A DNA stretch of 64,000 nt, from contig MU008158.1 of NCBI GenBank assembly GCA_010909165.1, forward strand, positions 1,885,478 through 1,949,477. Direction: 5' to 3'. Shown here in pieces: positions 35,564-46,639 of this stretch. Each line of letters starts with the position of its first letter. The stretch's first letter is position 1. A program made the position numbers and the translations under genes. This DNA comes from Anthoceros angustus (Eukaryota > Plantae > Anthocerotophyta). The notes under the pieces were generated by a model. It was not told the origin of the DNA and did not search any database. It saw nothing but the letters and a program-made list of their open reading frames with translations.

Positions 35564-36919
35564 TTGGTAGTGATTGATTGTGGTAGGACTAGAGTCCATA
35601 GTTTTAGAGCATCTTGACACAAAACCATTCCCTTGGGATCGAATACTAGGACTATAACGACATAGAGGGTAAATGTGGCCTCTTTGCGTCTTCGGATGCA
35701 AAAACCCATTCCACAAAGAGGCATCCACGTTTCTTACTCATCTTTGGACGTCTACTGCCCGCCCCTATCTTGGGCCTCACATTTGGAGCAAGGAAGAAGC
35801 CGTCATAGTAGCCTCCCCACGATGGTCATCAGGCCCGTACTGACAATGGTAGATTATCACCTTGCTTCCTTGTGTGTCTTTGAAGTGCTGCTTTGGTTCC
35901 GCGGTCTTCACCCAATGATGCAGCTTGATGAAGCAGGTGGGAGAGCAAGCATTTGCTTTCTCACCTGCAATAAAATCACCTACGGTCGAGGAATGTAAGC
36001 GCTTCACATTCATGTGCATTCTCATCTTCCTTGATGATTGCCCACACCCATGACAAATGCTCCTTGGTGAAGATGCCGGGCTCCGGTGTCTGCACTTGAG
36101 TGTGAGGAAAATGTTCCATTTTGCTGACATCACGATATTGGAGAGATTGCTGCTCGCTTCCTCGATCGTACCCGTCAAGCTTCCCTCTGAACTGAACCAC
36201 ATTAGAAGCGGGTTAGAGATACTTGAAACATTTGTTTTCGCGCGCATTAGGAACGAGAACAGGGGATGGGTGAACAGGTTGAGACCACAGACGGGCGACC
36301 ATGTGCGGACGGACAACATTGAGAGGAGCGCGGACGTGAGCCATTGAGAGGAGGGCGGAGGGAGCCGTTGAGAGGAGCGACGACGACGCCCGTTGCCGGA
36401 GAGGGAGACGCCGGAAAGAAAGAGAGGCATGCCGACCTCATGCCTCTCGGCTTTGCATCGGGGTGCGTGGCCACGCGAGCGGTACGAAAGGCAAGGCTCA
36501 TTAAGTTCGCGTTAGCCTTAGGCGACGGGAGCTTGCACACAACAACTTCATGATGTCTGTAATGAATGGTCTAGGCCTCCTCCATCAAAGGAGAAGCCTT
36601 TTGTAACGCTAGCTGTGACCAGATGTGGACGGACGACGTTGAGAGGAGCGCACAGACGGGTGACCAGGTGCCGATGGACAGCGTTGAGAGGAGCACGGAT
36701 GGGAGCCATTGAGAGGAAGGCAGAGGGAGCCGTTGAGAGGAGCGACGACGGACGCCCATTGCCGGAGAGGGAGACGCCGGAAAGAAAGAGAGGCATGCCT
36801 CAGCTTTGCATCGGGGTGCGTGGCCACATAGGCGGTACGAATGGCAGGGCTCATTAAGTTTGCGTTATCCTTAGGCGACGGGCCCACCACCCACCAAAGC
36901 CGGTTCACTGTCCAAAAAA

Positions 36920-37013
36920 GTACAACTGGCAAGAGGTCAAGTTTTTTCTATTGTATTGCGTCTCAGGTACAACTGGCAAGAGGTCAAGTTTTTTCTATTG
37001 TATTGCGTCTCAG
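36920..37013. repeat. Perfect 47-bp tandem duplication
   Basis: GTACAACTGGCAAGAGGTCAAGTTTTTTCTATTGTATTGCGTCTCAG twice. Confidence 0.95.
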
Positions 37014-37560
37014 GCATCCATCCGGTAAGAACCCGTCGACGTAAAGAACCTAGGTTATTAAGTAACGTGGAGGAAAGAACGTAATTTGGGGCACGATTTA
37101 TAGTACAAGAGGAAGAAGAAGTATACTATGCTATATCATAGTATTTTCTAACTATATTACATAACGCAATACAGAACGTCTCAAGCACGTATATTTCACA
37201 CAAAACCGATGTGCTCAAAATGACGAGGACCTATTTAATGGAACTCCCAGCATCTACAGACATATTTTTCGCTTACCTAATATAATTCAAAGATAGTGAC
37301 AGTCTAATATAATTCAAAGATATTGACAGTCTAGATATTCACAAGGATACCATTTGTGTCCAATGAAAAGCACCAGTTAAACATGATAGTCTGGGATTAT
37401 GAACAGCCACAACAGGCCATAATCCTAGACCGCCGAGGTAACCAGCTTCAGACTTCTTCACTTGGGTACAAGCGACGCTGGAATGTTAGGAATGCAGGAT
37501 CCTAGGAGGATAAGATCCAAAATAATGTAATATTACACAGTCCCTCCCCTGTTGAGATTG

Positions 37561-40500
37561 CTAGAAAGTTTCAAGGGTTTGCTTTGGAAGCAGAAGCAGA
37601 CCAGGTGTCGTGTGAAACAAACCTACGGATGGTTCCCAGACTGTAGCTGGTGAATCGAATGCATTGGATTCCTCTGACTGATCGCCACTCATCAGAATCA
37701 TCTCGTGGGCAGCATCCCAAGAGCACTGGTTCCATAGTCTTCCGATAGAGCTGACAGTCAAAGGCTCTGCCAGAGTCCGCAGCATTGCATTGAACTTGTC
37801 GCGAGCAGAAATGTCGAAAGGATTGCTGCCACAAGCAAAGCTAAAGCTTCATCAGCTTCACACATTTGTCAAGGACTTTCCAAAGCAAAGCTGGGAAAGC
37901 GGTCACCACCTGTAATCTGGAATCCTCTCTGGCCAAATAGTAGGAGGCTTCTCCGGGTAGTTTGGGGGAACAAGGATCCCTAGAGGAACTCTCTCTGTCT
38001 GCATGGCAAACAACCAAGAGGAACAAGCCACAGAGCTTGCTTTCAGGCACAAAACCAAACATTCTCAAGAATGCTCACAATCTCCTGCAAAAGTAAATTC
38101 ATTTCAATCGTCTTGCAACTGACCAATTCGAACCAAGGGCGCCATTCATCTACAACAGCAATCCCTCGGTATATACAGGTAACAACAATCCCATCCTTTG
38201 CTTCAGCTGCAGCGTCCTCTGTTGCCTCTTCACTTATTTTGAGGACGGTGTCAATCATCTTGTCATTCACCTCCATAATTTCTGACTCGAGCTTCCTATA
38301 GTTATTTATCTGTTCAGAATATTGTACCCAGCAAATCATGATTAGCTCTTCCACTATTCAGCAGATCAAGTTTTCCAAAACAAAAAACTGCCGCACAAGA
38401 CAAGGGTCCAGGAGGCATGCATCCAAGCTCAACCTCCATTCTCGACCTCATCATCCTTGGAATAGATTCCTCTAGAAAATCCAACTGGTGGACACTGCTC
38501 ATTGTATTTCGGCTCTTGCCATCAACATTAATTTCACACCCAGAAACAGATTCCAGTGACCGCTTCAGCTTCCGTAAGCCATCTTTTTCTGATCTTGCTT
38601 GCAGCCTTATCCTGGTTGATGCAGCTAGATCCTCCCCAACAGCAGACTTTGAACCGTTTCCAGGAGCTGAAGCAGCAAGGCTACTCCATGCACTTGATAT
38701 CCCGAGAAGGTCATCAACTGTAGCTTGAATCACCTTTCGGTCCATAAGTGCAAGCTGCACAGCAGATCCGTTCCAACATGTGATGAATGATGGACACAGA
38801 CAGAGCATTTCACAAGACAGCTTTCACTAGATTCTACAGTGTCGTAAGCTCCTGATTGAAAGGATTACTGATCCGAAATGGATCAGGTGACAAACAGACA
38901 TTTTTGTTGGAATCTCCAAACATGCCTCCCATACTTTCAACAGAACATATAACAGAGTAGTCACACAGCCTTAATGGAAAGAACCACACTACTGCCATTG
39001 GGAGTCTCACGACTTCACTAGTTCCATTATGTGTACCTTCCTTCTTATGCGTTCCCGAGTAGTTTCGTTAGTCTTCTCTCCAACTGGGGTCCCTGGGGAG
39101 AACACCTGCTGTCCATCCACTTGTCCAGTGCTTGGAGAGAAGTCCACAGGTGCAGGTGAGGCAGAAATCCCCGGAGTGCTAGTCATAATCCCCTGCGGTA
39201 CACCAGTGGCTGCAAAATTGTGAGACGTTGAAGCAGGCATTGAGCTCTTAGTATCAACCTCATCCGGAGGTGGTGAAGGAGCTGCCATCATAGAAGGTGA
39301 AGGAGTTCGAAAAGGGGGAGTAGCAGCTTGAATTGAGGTCCCACTCTTGAGAATGGCCGCGATAGGTGGAAAAGCTGATGGATCTGTTTGTGGGGAGTGT
39401 TGCTGGGGAGATGGTGCCTGCAAAATCTGCGGGGAGGACACTGTTTGCGGTGATGACGCTTTGAGCTGTTGTGGCTGCAATTGCCTTTGGACAACAGGAT
39501 TATGCTTCCCCAGCAACTGTTTCACTTGCTTTGCTTTCAGGTCCTTGGAATCCGCTGACATTTCCTGAGGCTGTTGAGATGGCAGTTGCTGAGGTTGCAA
39601 CTGCTGCAGCTGCATATGCCTATGCTGCTGGTGTATCTGGAGGCGGTGCTGTTGATGCTTAGACGCCTCTTGATCCTTAAGTGATCGCTGCTGCTGAGCT
39701 TGTAGCTGATCTTGCTGTTGTTTCAGCAACTGGGCCTGCTGGTGGGCTTGCTGCTGCTGCTGTAGCTGCTGGGCCTGCTGCTGGGACTGCAGCTGGGCCT
39801 GCTGCTGCGACTGCAGCTGGGCCTGCTGCTGCGACTGCAGCTGGGCCTGCTGCTGCTGCTGCTGCTGCTGGGCTTGCTGCTGGGCTTGCTGCTGGGCTTG
39901 CTGCTGGGCCTGTTGCTGCTGCTGCTGCTGGGCCTGTTGCTGCTGCTGCTGCTGGGCCTGTTGCTGCTGCTGCTGCTGGGCCTGTTGCTGCTGCTGCTGG
40001 GCCTGTTGCTGCTGCTGCTGCTGCTGCTGCTGGGCTTGCTGCAGAATGTTAACTTGTCCACTTCCACCCAATACTGCACCAGATAAGTTGCTCTGTGCGA
40101 GAGAAGTTACTCCTCCGTTCTGCTGAAGGTTCATCATGTTTTGTTGTGGCCCATGTCCACCATTTGGCTGTAAGGATGAAAGGTTAGAAGGATGCAATGT
40201 CAAGACAGGAACTTGGGCAGGGATGTGCTGCAGTGGTTGTTGTACCTGCTGCCCTTGCTTGTCTTGATGCTGCAACTGAGAAAGCGTCTGCTGCTGCTGT
40301 TGCAGCGATTGTGTCTGGACCCCAGGCTGCAATTGCTGAAGCTGTACTTGATGTGTTTGCATCATCTGACCTGACAGGCCTGGTTGATGTGACAGGGTCT
40401 GCTGACCTTGGTGTGCTTGTTGACCACCTTGCTGAGTTTGTTGTGTTTGAGGTGGCTTTCTCCGCTTGAATGTCTCCATGATGCTCACAATTTGCCTGTC

Positions 40501-41519
40501 AAAGGTCTCCACCTTCTCTAGATTGAATTCCTTTGGCACTCTCTCTTTTGGCACAGTCAAGTAGGGGATCATTCGTTGGAGAACTTCTTTGTAGTGGTGC
40601 AGCTTCGACAGCTGTTCTGGCGGCATCACCTAACATATCCACCAACCCTTGCATCAGCACACCATCACAAATCCTTACACAATTTGCAAGCCCCCAAGGG
40701 AAAGGGACAAAAGAAAGGGAGAGGGAGCGAGGGGAGGGAAGGAAGACGGGGGGAGGGGAGGAGACGTAGAGGAAGGGAAGGGGAGCAAAGGGAGAGGGAG
40801 AGTGGGAGGGAGAGGAGAGGGAGAGGGAGAGGCAAAAGGAGGGAACGGGAGAGAACGGGATGGGAGGTGGGGGGCAAGCAACCTGTGTGCTCTTCTGTGA
40901 TAGCATGCTGTAAAGGTCACGCATGTCTTGAAAATACTTGTCCTTCAAGATTTGGAGCTACACAGGATCGGCATACATGGATCAAAAATCCCGACCAGGG
41001 CCAATCTTCAAGTAACCAGCTTTGCATCATGAATGACAAGTCATCACCTTGGACCACACAAGCTCACGTTGATCAACAATGGAATGCCCTGACGAATCGA
41101 GGGAGGCTGTCAAACAAATGTCACTAACAATTAGACTGACAATTTGGCAAATCTTGCAGCCTATAAACATGATTAGTTTACCATACCAACCAGAGGAAGC
41201 TTCAGGAAGGGCCCGTTGCGGATTGGCCTGTAGCACCTGCTGCTGTTCAAGGAGGCTCTGCCCTACTGACTGTTGAATTCGCTGTTGTGGCTGGCTAGTT
41301 ACAGCTGGAAGCATCTGGTGTGGCTGCTGTGACTGGCTTTGTGAAGTGATTGGCTGTTGGGACTGCTGCAGCTGTGTTTGCTCTTGCTGCTGCTTTCCTG
41401 GCTGTAATTTATAAAGCTGCTGCTGCTGCATGCCCTGAACAGCATTTTGCAATTGAGCCACTTGGGTCGATTGATGCAGGACTGGCTGCGGCTGCTGCTG
41501 CAAAGTATGTGGATATGGA

Positions 41520-41579
<60 letters not shown>

Positions 41580-42819
41580 TGCTTTAGTATTTGCTGCCGT
41601 CGGTGCTGGAGCAGCATCTGTTGCTGCTGTTGATATTGCTGTTGCTGTAACTGTTGAGGCTGCTGCAACTGCTGAGGCTGCTGCAACTGCTGAGGCTGCT
41701 GCAACTGCTGAGGCTGCTGCAACTGCTGCTGCTGTAACTGCTGCTGCTGCTGCTGTAGCTGCTGCTGCTGCTGCTGTAACTGCTGCTGTTGGAGCTGATG
41801 CTGCTGCTGGAGCTGCCGCTGCTGTTGCTGTTGCTGTTGTTGATGCTGCATAAGCTGTTGCCTCTGAACAAGTGTATTACTCTGTGCAAGATTTGGGACA
41901 GACGTGGTCGCCAGGGCATTTTGTGCAAGAGCATTGAGTGCTCCAGGAGCTGTTGCCAGACCACCAAGAGTCGGCAGACCTCCGTTGATACTACTCTGCA
42001 GTTGTTGAGAAATGATCTGCTGCCGTTGCACAGGCACCTGAGCACCGCCTGCTGACGGCTGAGTTTGGTTCCTCAGTAAACCCATCGAACCTGTCCAACA
42101 CAGCCCAATTAGACAAGAAATAAAGCAACGAGAGATGTACATTGGACAGTAGACTACTTTAACCACACCACTCCATGCGCCCCTCTCACCCGGGTCACCA
42201 CCCTGTGCAATTCCTCCTGCCATTCCTCCGTCAGCAGGAGGCTGCGCCCGGGTTTCCAGCGAAAGCATCTTCAAAGATATCTTTCGCAGATAATCTTGCT
42301 GCAACAGACACAGCACATGGCCAGCATGAGAAACAGCACAGCCATAAAAGAGCCCCCCCGCCAACACTCCCACCCAACTTACCTGGTCGGTAGCAGCGGC
42401 GAAAATCTTTTGCTCAAACCTGTAAGCAATATTAAACAATTCGCTCATCCCCTCCTGACCTGCCACGGGCATGTGCCTCTGCAGAGTTTCCATTCTGCAA
42501 CCAACAACTCCATTCAGAAGAATTCCTCCACACTCCCCCATCCACAATTCACTAGTGCACACCAATTCTATTCCAGCGAAAACCCCTAACTGGTATGATC
42601 AAGATCCTATCATCTGATAAAAAACCCCGATTACGAAGCTGCCTCATCTTCCGCTCCCCGCCCCTGATGAAGAAGCGCACCACCTACACCAAATTAGGAA
42701 ATAGCACAAGGTAGAGGGGCGGGCCAAACTCACATCCTCTTCACAATTTTGGTCCGTGACTCCTTGGCCAGGCCCGACCTCCAATCCCCACTTCCGTTTC
42801 CATTTCCGCCCGCATCCAT
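37561..42819 (-). CDS. MED15: Mediator subunit 15 (MED15a/NRB4-like): N-terminal KIX domain, polyQ tracts, multi-exon
   Basis: Exon 1 MDAGGNGNGSGDWRSGLAKESRTKIVKRI; then METLQRH..ELFNIAYRFEQKIF, DYLRKISLKMLSLET, SLDSS, MKDKYFQDM, APGNGSKSAVGEDLAASTR, EIMEVNDKMIDTV, KFNAMLRTLAEP..W. These match plant MED15 blocks. Confidence 0.88.
39730..40042 (-). repeat. CAG-rich polyQ coding microsatellite in MED15
   Basis: Q runs punctuated by A; higher-order QQQAQLQS units. Confidence 0.95.
41520..41850 (-). repeat. Second CAG/CAA polyQ tract in MED15
   Basis: Long Q runs and repeated QQPQQL units. Confidence 0.95.
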
Positions 42820-43124
42820 GACGGGAAGCCGGCGCTCTCGGCCGCACGGTAAACTTTCAGCTCAAGCCTTTGCCGGCCACACTGCGATTCCTTCACAGCA
42901 GCAACCCCGTCGCTCTAAAAACCCGAAGTGTCACATTTGTATTTAAATAAACCAGGGCCAGAAGAGGCCCTGTGTTTGGGGTGATTCACATCACCTTAGA
43001 TCAGTTATTTCCTAACCTCCTTCTTCAGCGACCTTCTTCGTCCAGAAGTTGAAAGGTGCTGGCGGGAATTTTGGTCGGACATCTCTAGTCTCCTAGTCCT
43101 TATTCAGTGGTTCTATTTCTTGTC

Positions 43125-45312
43125 CCTAATTAGACTCCAAATTAGAAGCTTTAACCACGCCACTCCATGCTGCCATTCTCTACAGCCTCCCTCTCTCACC
43201 TGGCGCAGTGGCACCACCTTGGGTAATTCCTCCTACCATTCCTCCGTCACCAGGAGTCTGCCCTTGCCCTCGGGTTTCCAGCGAAAGCATCTCGAACGAT
43301 ACGTTTCGCAGATAATCTTTGATGCGACAGACACATCACGTGGCCAGCATGTGAACCAACACGGTCACAAAAGAGCCGCCCCGGCTACAAAGCGAGGGAG
43401 CTCATCGTCAAGCCTGGATGTATCACCTGCGGCAAAAAGTCGTAAACTTTGTCTTGAGACGAGCTCAGGTTTGGGAAGTCTGCGAATAAATTTCTAAAGG
43501 ACAGAGCTATCAACGCTGCCCTCTTCTCTGAACTGTGCAAGACATGTTTACACACAATCGTTCCAATTATATACTTGGTTCAAAAATCCCGATTAGGGTG
43601 AGTATTCAACCAATTTTATAAGACCAAAAAAACATTATTCAATCGACTAATCACCTTAGGCCGAATGGACACACATGCTTAAGAACGTCTAATTCTTAAG
43701 CGTTCCACACTTCAAGGAGACCCGGATGGGGTACCTATAGTAGAATGCCCCTAGTGCTAGTAGACCCGGATGGGGTACCTAGAGTAGAATGCCCCTAGTG
43801 CTAGTAGCTTCGTTTTCTACGCGCTCTTCAAGGGGACTGGGATGGGGTACTTAGAGAGGAATGCCTCTTGTGCTAGTAGAATAGTTTTCTACATAGGGCA
43901 AGTAGCCCGGAGACGACATGGGGAAAGTACCCCGGAGATTACATGTGGCAAGTACCGGAGTACAAGTGCCATGACGACGTGTCCATCCGTGGTGGACTTC
44001 AAATGAATTTGTTTGTTTGTTTTGTTTGTTGGTAAGGATACTAGACTCTGAATCCAGGAGCGGAATTTAAATCTTGGTAGGCTCTTCCTTTGAGAGTGGA
44101 AAGTTGACTATTCTTTCTAGCTTCTTTTCCAATACAAATTGTCCACCACAAAAACTTTGCTTGATGGATCCCAATGCAAACTGTCCACCACAAAAAAATT
44201 GTTTGATGGATCCCTCGTGTGATTCATTGTGCATGAGACCACCTTTAAACAATGAGACTAATGGCTCCTCACAGGCTGCCCAAGTTTTGGATCCCTAGTC
44301 TCCAAGTCCTTTTCACAAGTTCTATTTAAAATAGCAATTTTGGATTTCTTGACCTCCATGGGAGCTTTAACCAAAGCTTATATGGGCCGTTCCTCGAGCC
44401 TCCCTCGCGCACTTGGGTCACCATCTTGGGCAATTCCTCCTGGCATTACTCCAGTCTCTGCTCGAGTTTCTAGCGGAATCATCTCGAATGATATGTTTCC
44501 AAGATAATCTTATTGCAAAAGACACAACACATTGCCAGCATGTTGTAAAGGTCATCCATGTCTTGAAAATACTTGTCCTTCAAGACTTGGAGCTACACAG
44601 GATCGGCATACAGGGATCAAAAATCCCGACCAGGAACAATCTTCAAGTAACCAGCTTTGCATCATGAATGACAAGTAATGCATCACCTTGGACCGCACAA
44701 GCTCACGTTGATCAACATGGAATGCCTTGACGAATCGAGGGAGCTGTTAAAAAAATGTCACTAAGAATTAGACTGACAATTTGGCAAATCTTAATGATTT
44801 TATGGTAGCATCACTTGGCTACGACCATGGCAGTCGAGCAATAGAAAAAACGGCGACTTGCGAGGGAGAGCAAGGCAGATTACACAAAAGATGTGCCTAC
44901 ATTGTTTGAGGAAAATGAAGATACAAATACAAAGGACTAGTAACTGTCCAAGGCGATTCTGTAATTGATTCGAACTACCATAACTGAGTGAATTGTTGAG
45001 TAATGTATCTACTCTAACAAGATCACTGAACCCAATAAATCTTGCAGCCTATAACATGGTTGGCCTACCATACCAACCAGAGGAAGCTTCAAGAAGGGCC
45101 CATTGCAGATTGGCATGTAGCATCTGCTGTTGTTCAATTGCAAGGAGGCTTTGCCTCACTGATTGTTGAATTCGCTGTTGTGGCTCGCTAGTTACAACTG
45201 GAAGGAGCTTATGTGGCTGCCAAGATTGTTGTTGTGAGGTGATTGGCTATTGGGACTGTTGCAGCTGTGCTTGCTCTTGCTGCTGCTTTCCCGGGTGTAA
45301 TTTATAAAGCTG
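43125..45312 (-). pseudogene. Degenerate partial duplicates of MED15 (several fragments)
   Basis: 43130-43385 and 44385-44543 resemble 42100-42360; 44544-44792 matches 40908-41155; 45037-45312 matches 41149-41420. Introns are retained, so these are DNA-level duplications. Confidence 0.8.
43719..43880. repeat. About 44-bp tandem repeat (2 near-perfect copies plus 1 degenerate)
   Basis: GACCCGGATGGGGTACCTA(T/G)AGTAGAATGCCCCTAGTGCTAGTA. Confidence 0.85.
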
Positions 45313-46630
45313 TGTTAGGAATTGTAGTTCTGTTACCTGTTCGTTAAGCCAACCTCCTAGCTTTAAGCACGATAGTGACCCTTTGAACAATCACGACGGT
45401 TCAGAACTGGCCAGACATCATCCTCCTCCTCTGAACAGAATACACACTTTTCAATTCAACACTCAGCCTTCTTCGTCCTCTCATGATATTATAGCATGAG
45501 TTGCTATGATCCTTTTATAAATTACCCTTTAGATTCATCATTGACAGAAGCTATCCCCACCACAACTGTCCATGTATATCTAGAGGTAAAAAGCACATTC
45601 CAAACGAGAGAAATGAATCAAGATCATCTCAACAAGATCATTTAGAAGCCCAACCAGTTAAAGGTCGAATTCAGACCTACCTGCTTGGTTGGTAAAGATG
45701 CTCAAGCTAGGTCAGACATAATGTCTGACCTAGTTTTATCATTTTATTGCATAATAAATTGATTTTATTGCATATTGGTGATCGTCTAATCCCCATCATC
45801 AAGAGGCTGTCAACTGCCATGTTAGACTTTCTAGAATCATGGCAAGGACTCTTAGATGCTGCAATTTCTACAGGTCTCAAGTTAGATGAGGAAGCTCAAG
45901 TCATGCATCTCCTTAGGGCTTTACCCCCTTCATGGGGTCCTTTTATTTCTACTCAATCGAGTACCTCTCAAACTTTGTCTCTTACCTCTCTTATTGCCTT
46001 GATTATGCATGAAGCCATGAAGCGGCAATCGAGTTCCTCTTCATTTTCTCCTCAACAAGGTGCCATGGCTCTATTTTCTAGTGGTTAGAAAAAGTGTTGG
46101 AAGCCAAGACTTGGTTCCAATGATAGGTCTGTGCCTCGTTTTCCTCCCTCTAATCCTGCACATAGAGACAAAGTCTGTCACTCTTGTACCAAGAAAGGGC
46201 ATATTGTCAATGGCTGTAGGAAGCGCAAACGAGATAGGGCTAGTGGTGTTGACTCATCTTCCTGGAGCGCTTCACCGAAGCGTGGAGCACCCTAGTTTTG
46301 GATAAGGTTCCTTCATATCATTTTTCTTACTCGGAATCACTTCACCTTCCATCTTGACTGGATTGTACTCCGCTTCTTCAAATTGCAAAGTCCGAATGGG
46401 TCCACCGCACAACTGAAAACCACCGGTCTTCTTGGCTTAGGGCCACTGCTGTGGAATCCCCTCTCTGGCTTCCTGCACAGGTGTTTGTTCGTTCGTCCAA
46501 CCAGACCTTCGCACGACCATGCCTAGTTAGCAGACATCCTCCTATGCCTAACTACCTCAGGAACATCATCATATGATACTCCTACTTTGTACCTATCAGT
46601 TATCCAAGCTAGCAGATCAATAGCCTCTAT
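45313..46630 (+). mobile_element. Ty1/copia remnant (short LTR-like start, gag, deleted pol)
   Basis: Starts TGTTAGG; degenerate Met-PBS-like TGATATTATAGC at about 45484; UBN2-type gag (LLRALPPSWGPF, 45747-46088); Zn knuckle CHSCTKKGHIVNGC (about 46176-46217); RNase H-like LADIL at about 46525. Confidence 0.7.
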
Positions 46631-46639
46631 CCATAGCCT

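Larger units (their letters stand above)
28442..35715. mobile_element. Solo-LTR-like TG...CA element, copy B, with two nested TIR elements
   Basis: Begins TGTGGAGT (28442), ends ATTCCACA (35715), 5-bp TSD AAGAG (28437-28441 and 35716-35720). Collinear with 17715-21370 once the two 1.6-kb inserts are removed. Confidence 0.88.
26605..36915 (-). mobile_element. Mutator-like (MULE) DNA transposon, degenerate, interrupted by nested elements
   Basis: Transposase segments: about 36200-35721 (..SKKRGCL), resuming at 28436 (FQFVVTRLL..), ORF 27629-28330 (IIAMDATFGLNK..IPVAWLL..FLVDD..LCLWHIRRA) and 26610-26900 (NSSIEAYHLHLK..VDWL). Tandem subterminal repeats at 36285-36882. Termini not resolved. Confidence 0.8.

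Noticed and set aside
40690-40875. Purine-rich GA tract with R/E/G-rich ORFs
   Set aside because: Low-complexity intron sequence within MED15.
39681-42055. Poly-Ala, poly-Leu and poly-Ser ORFs
   Set aside because: Alternate-frame and antisense translations of the MED15 CAG tracts.
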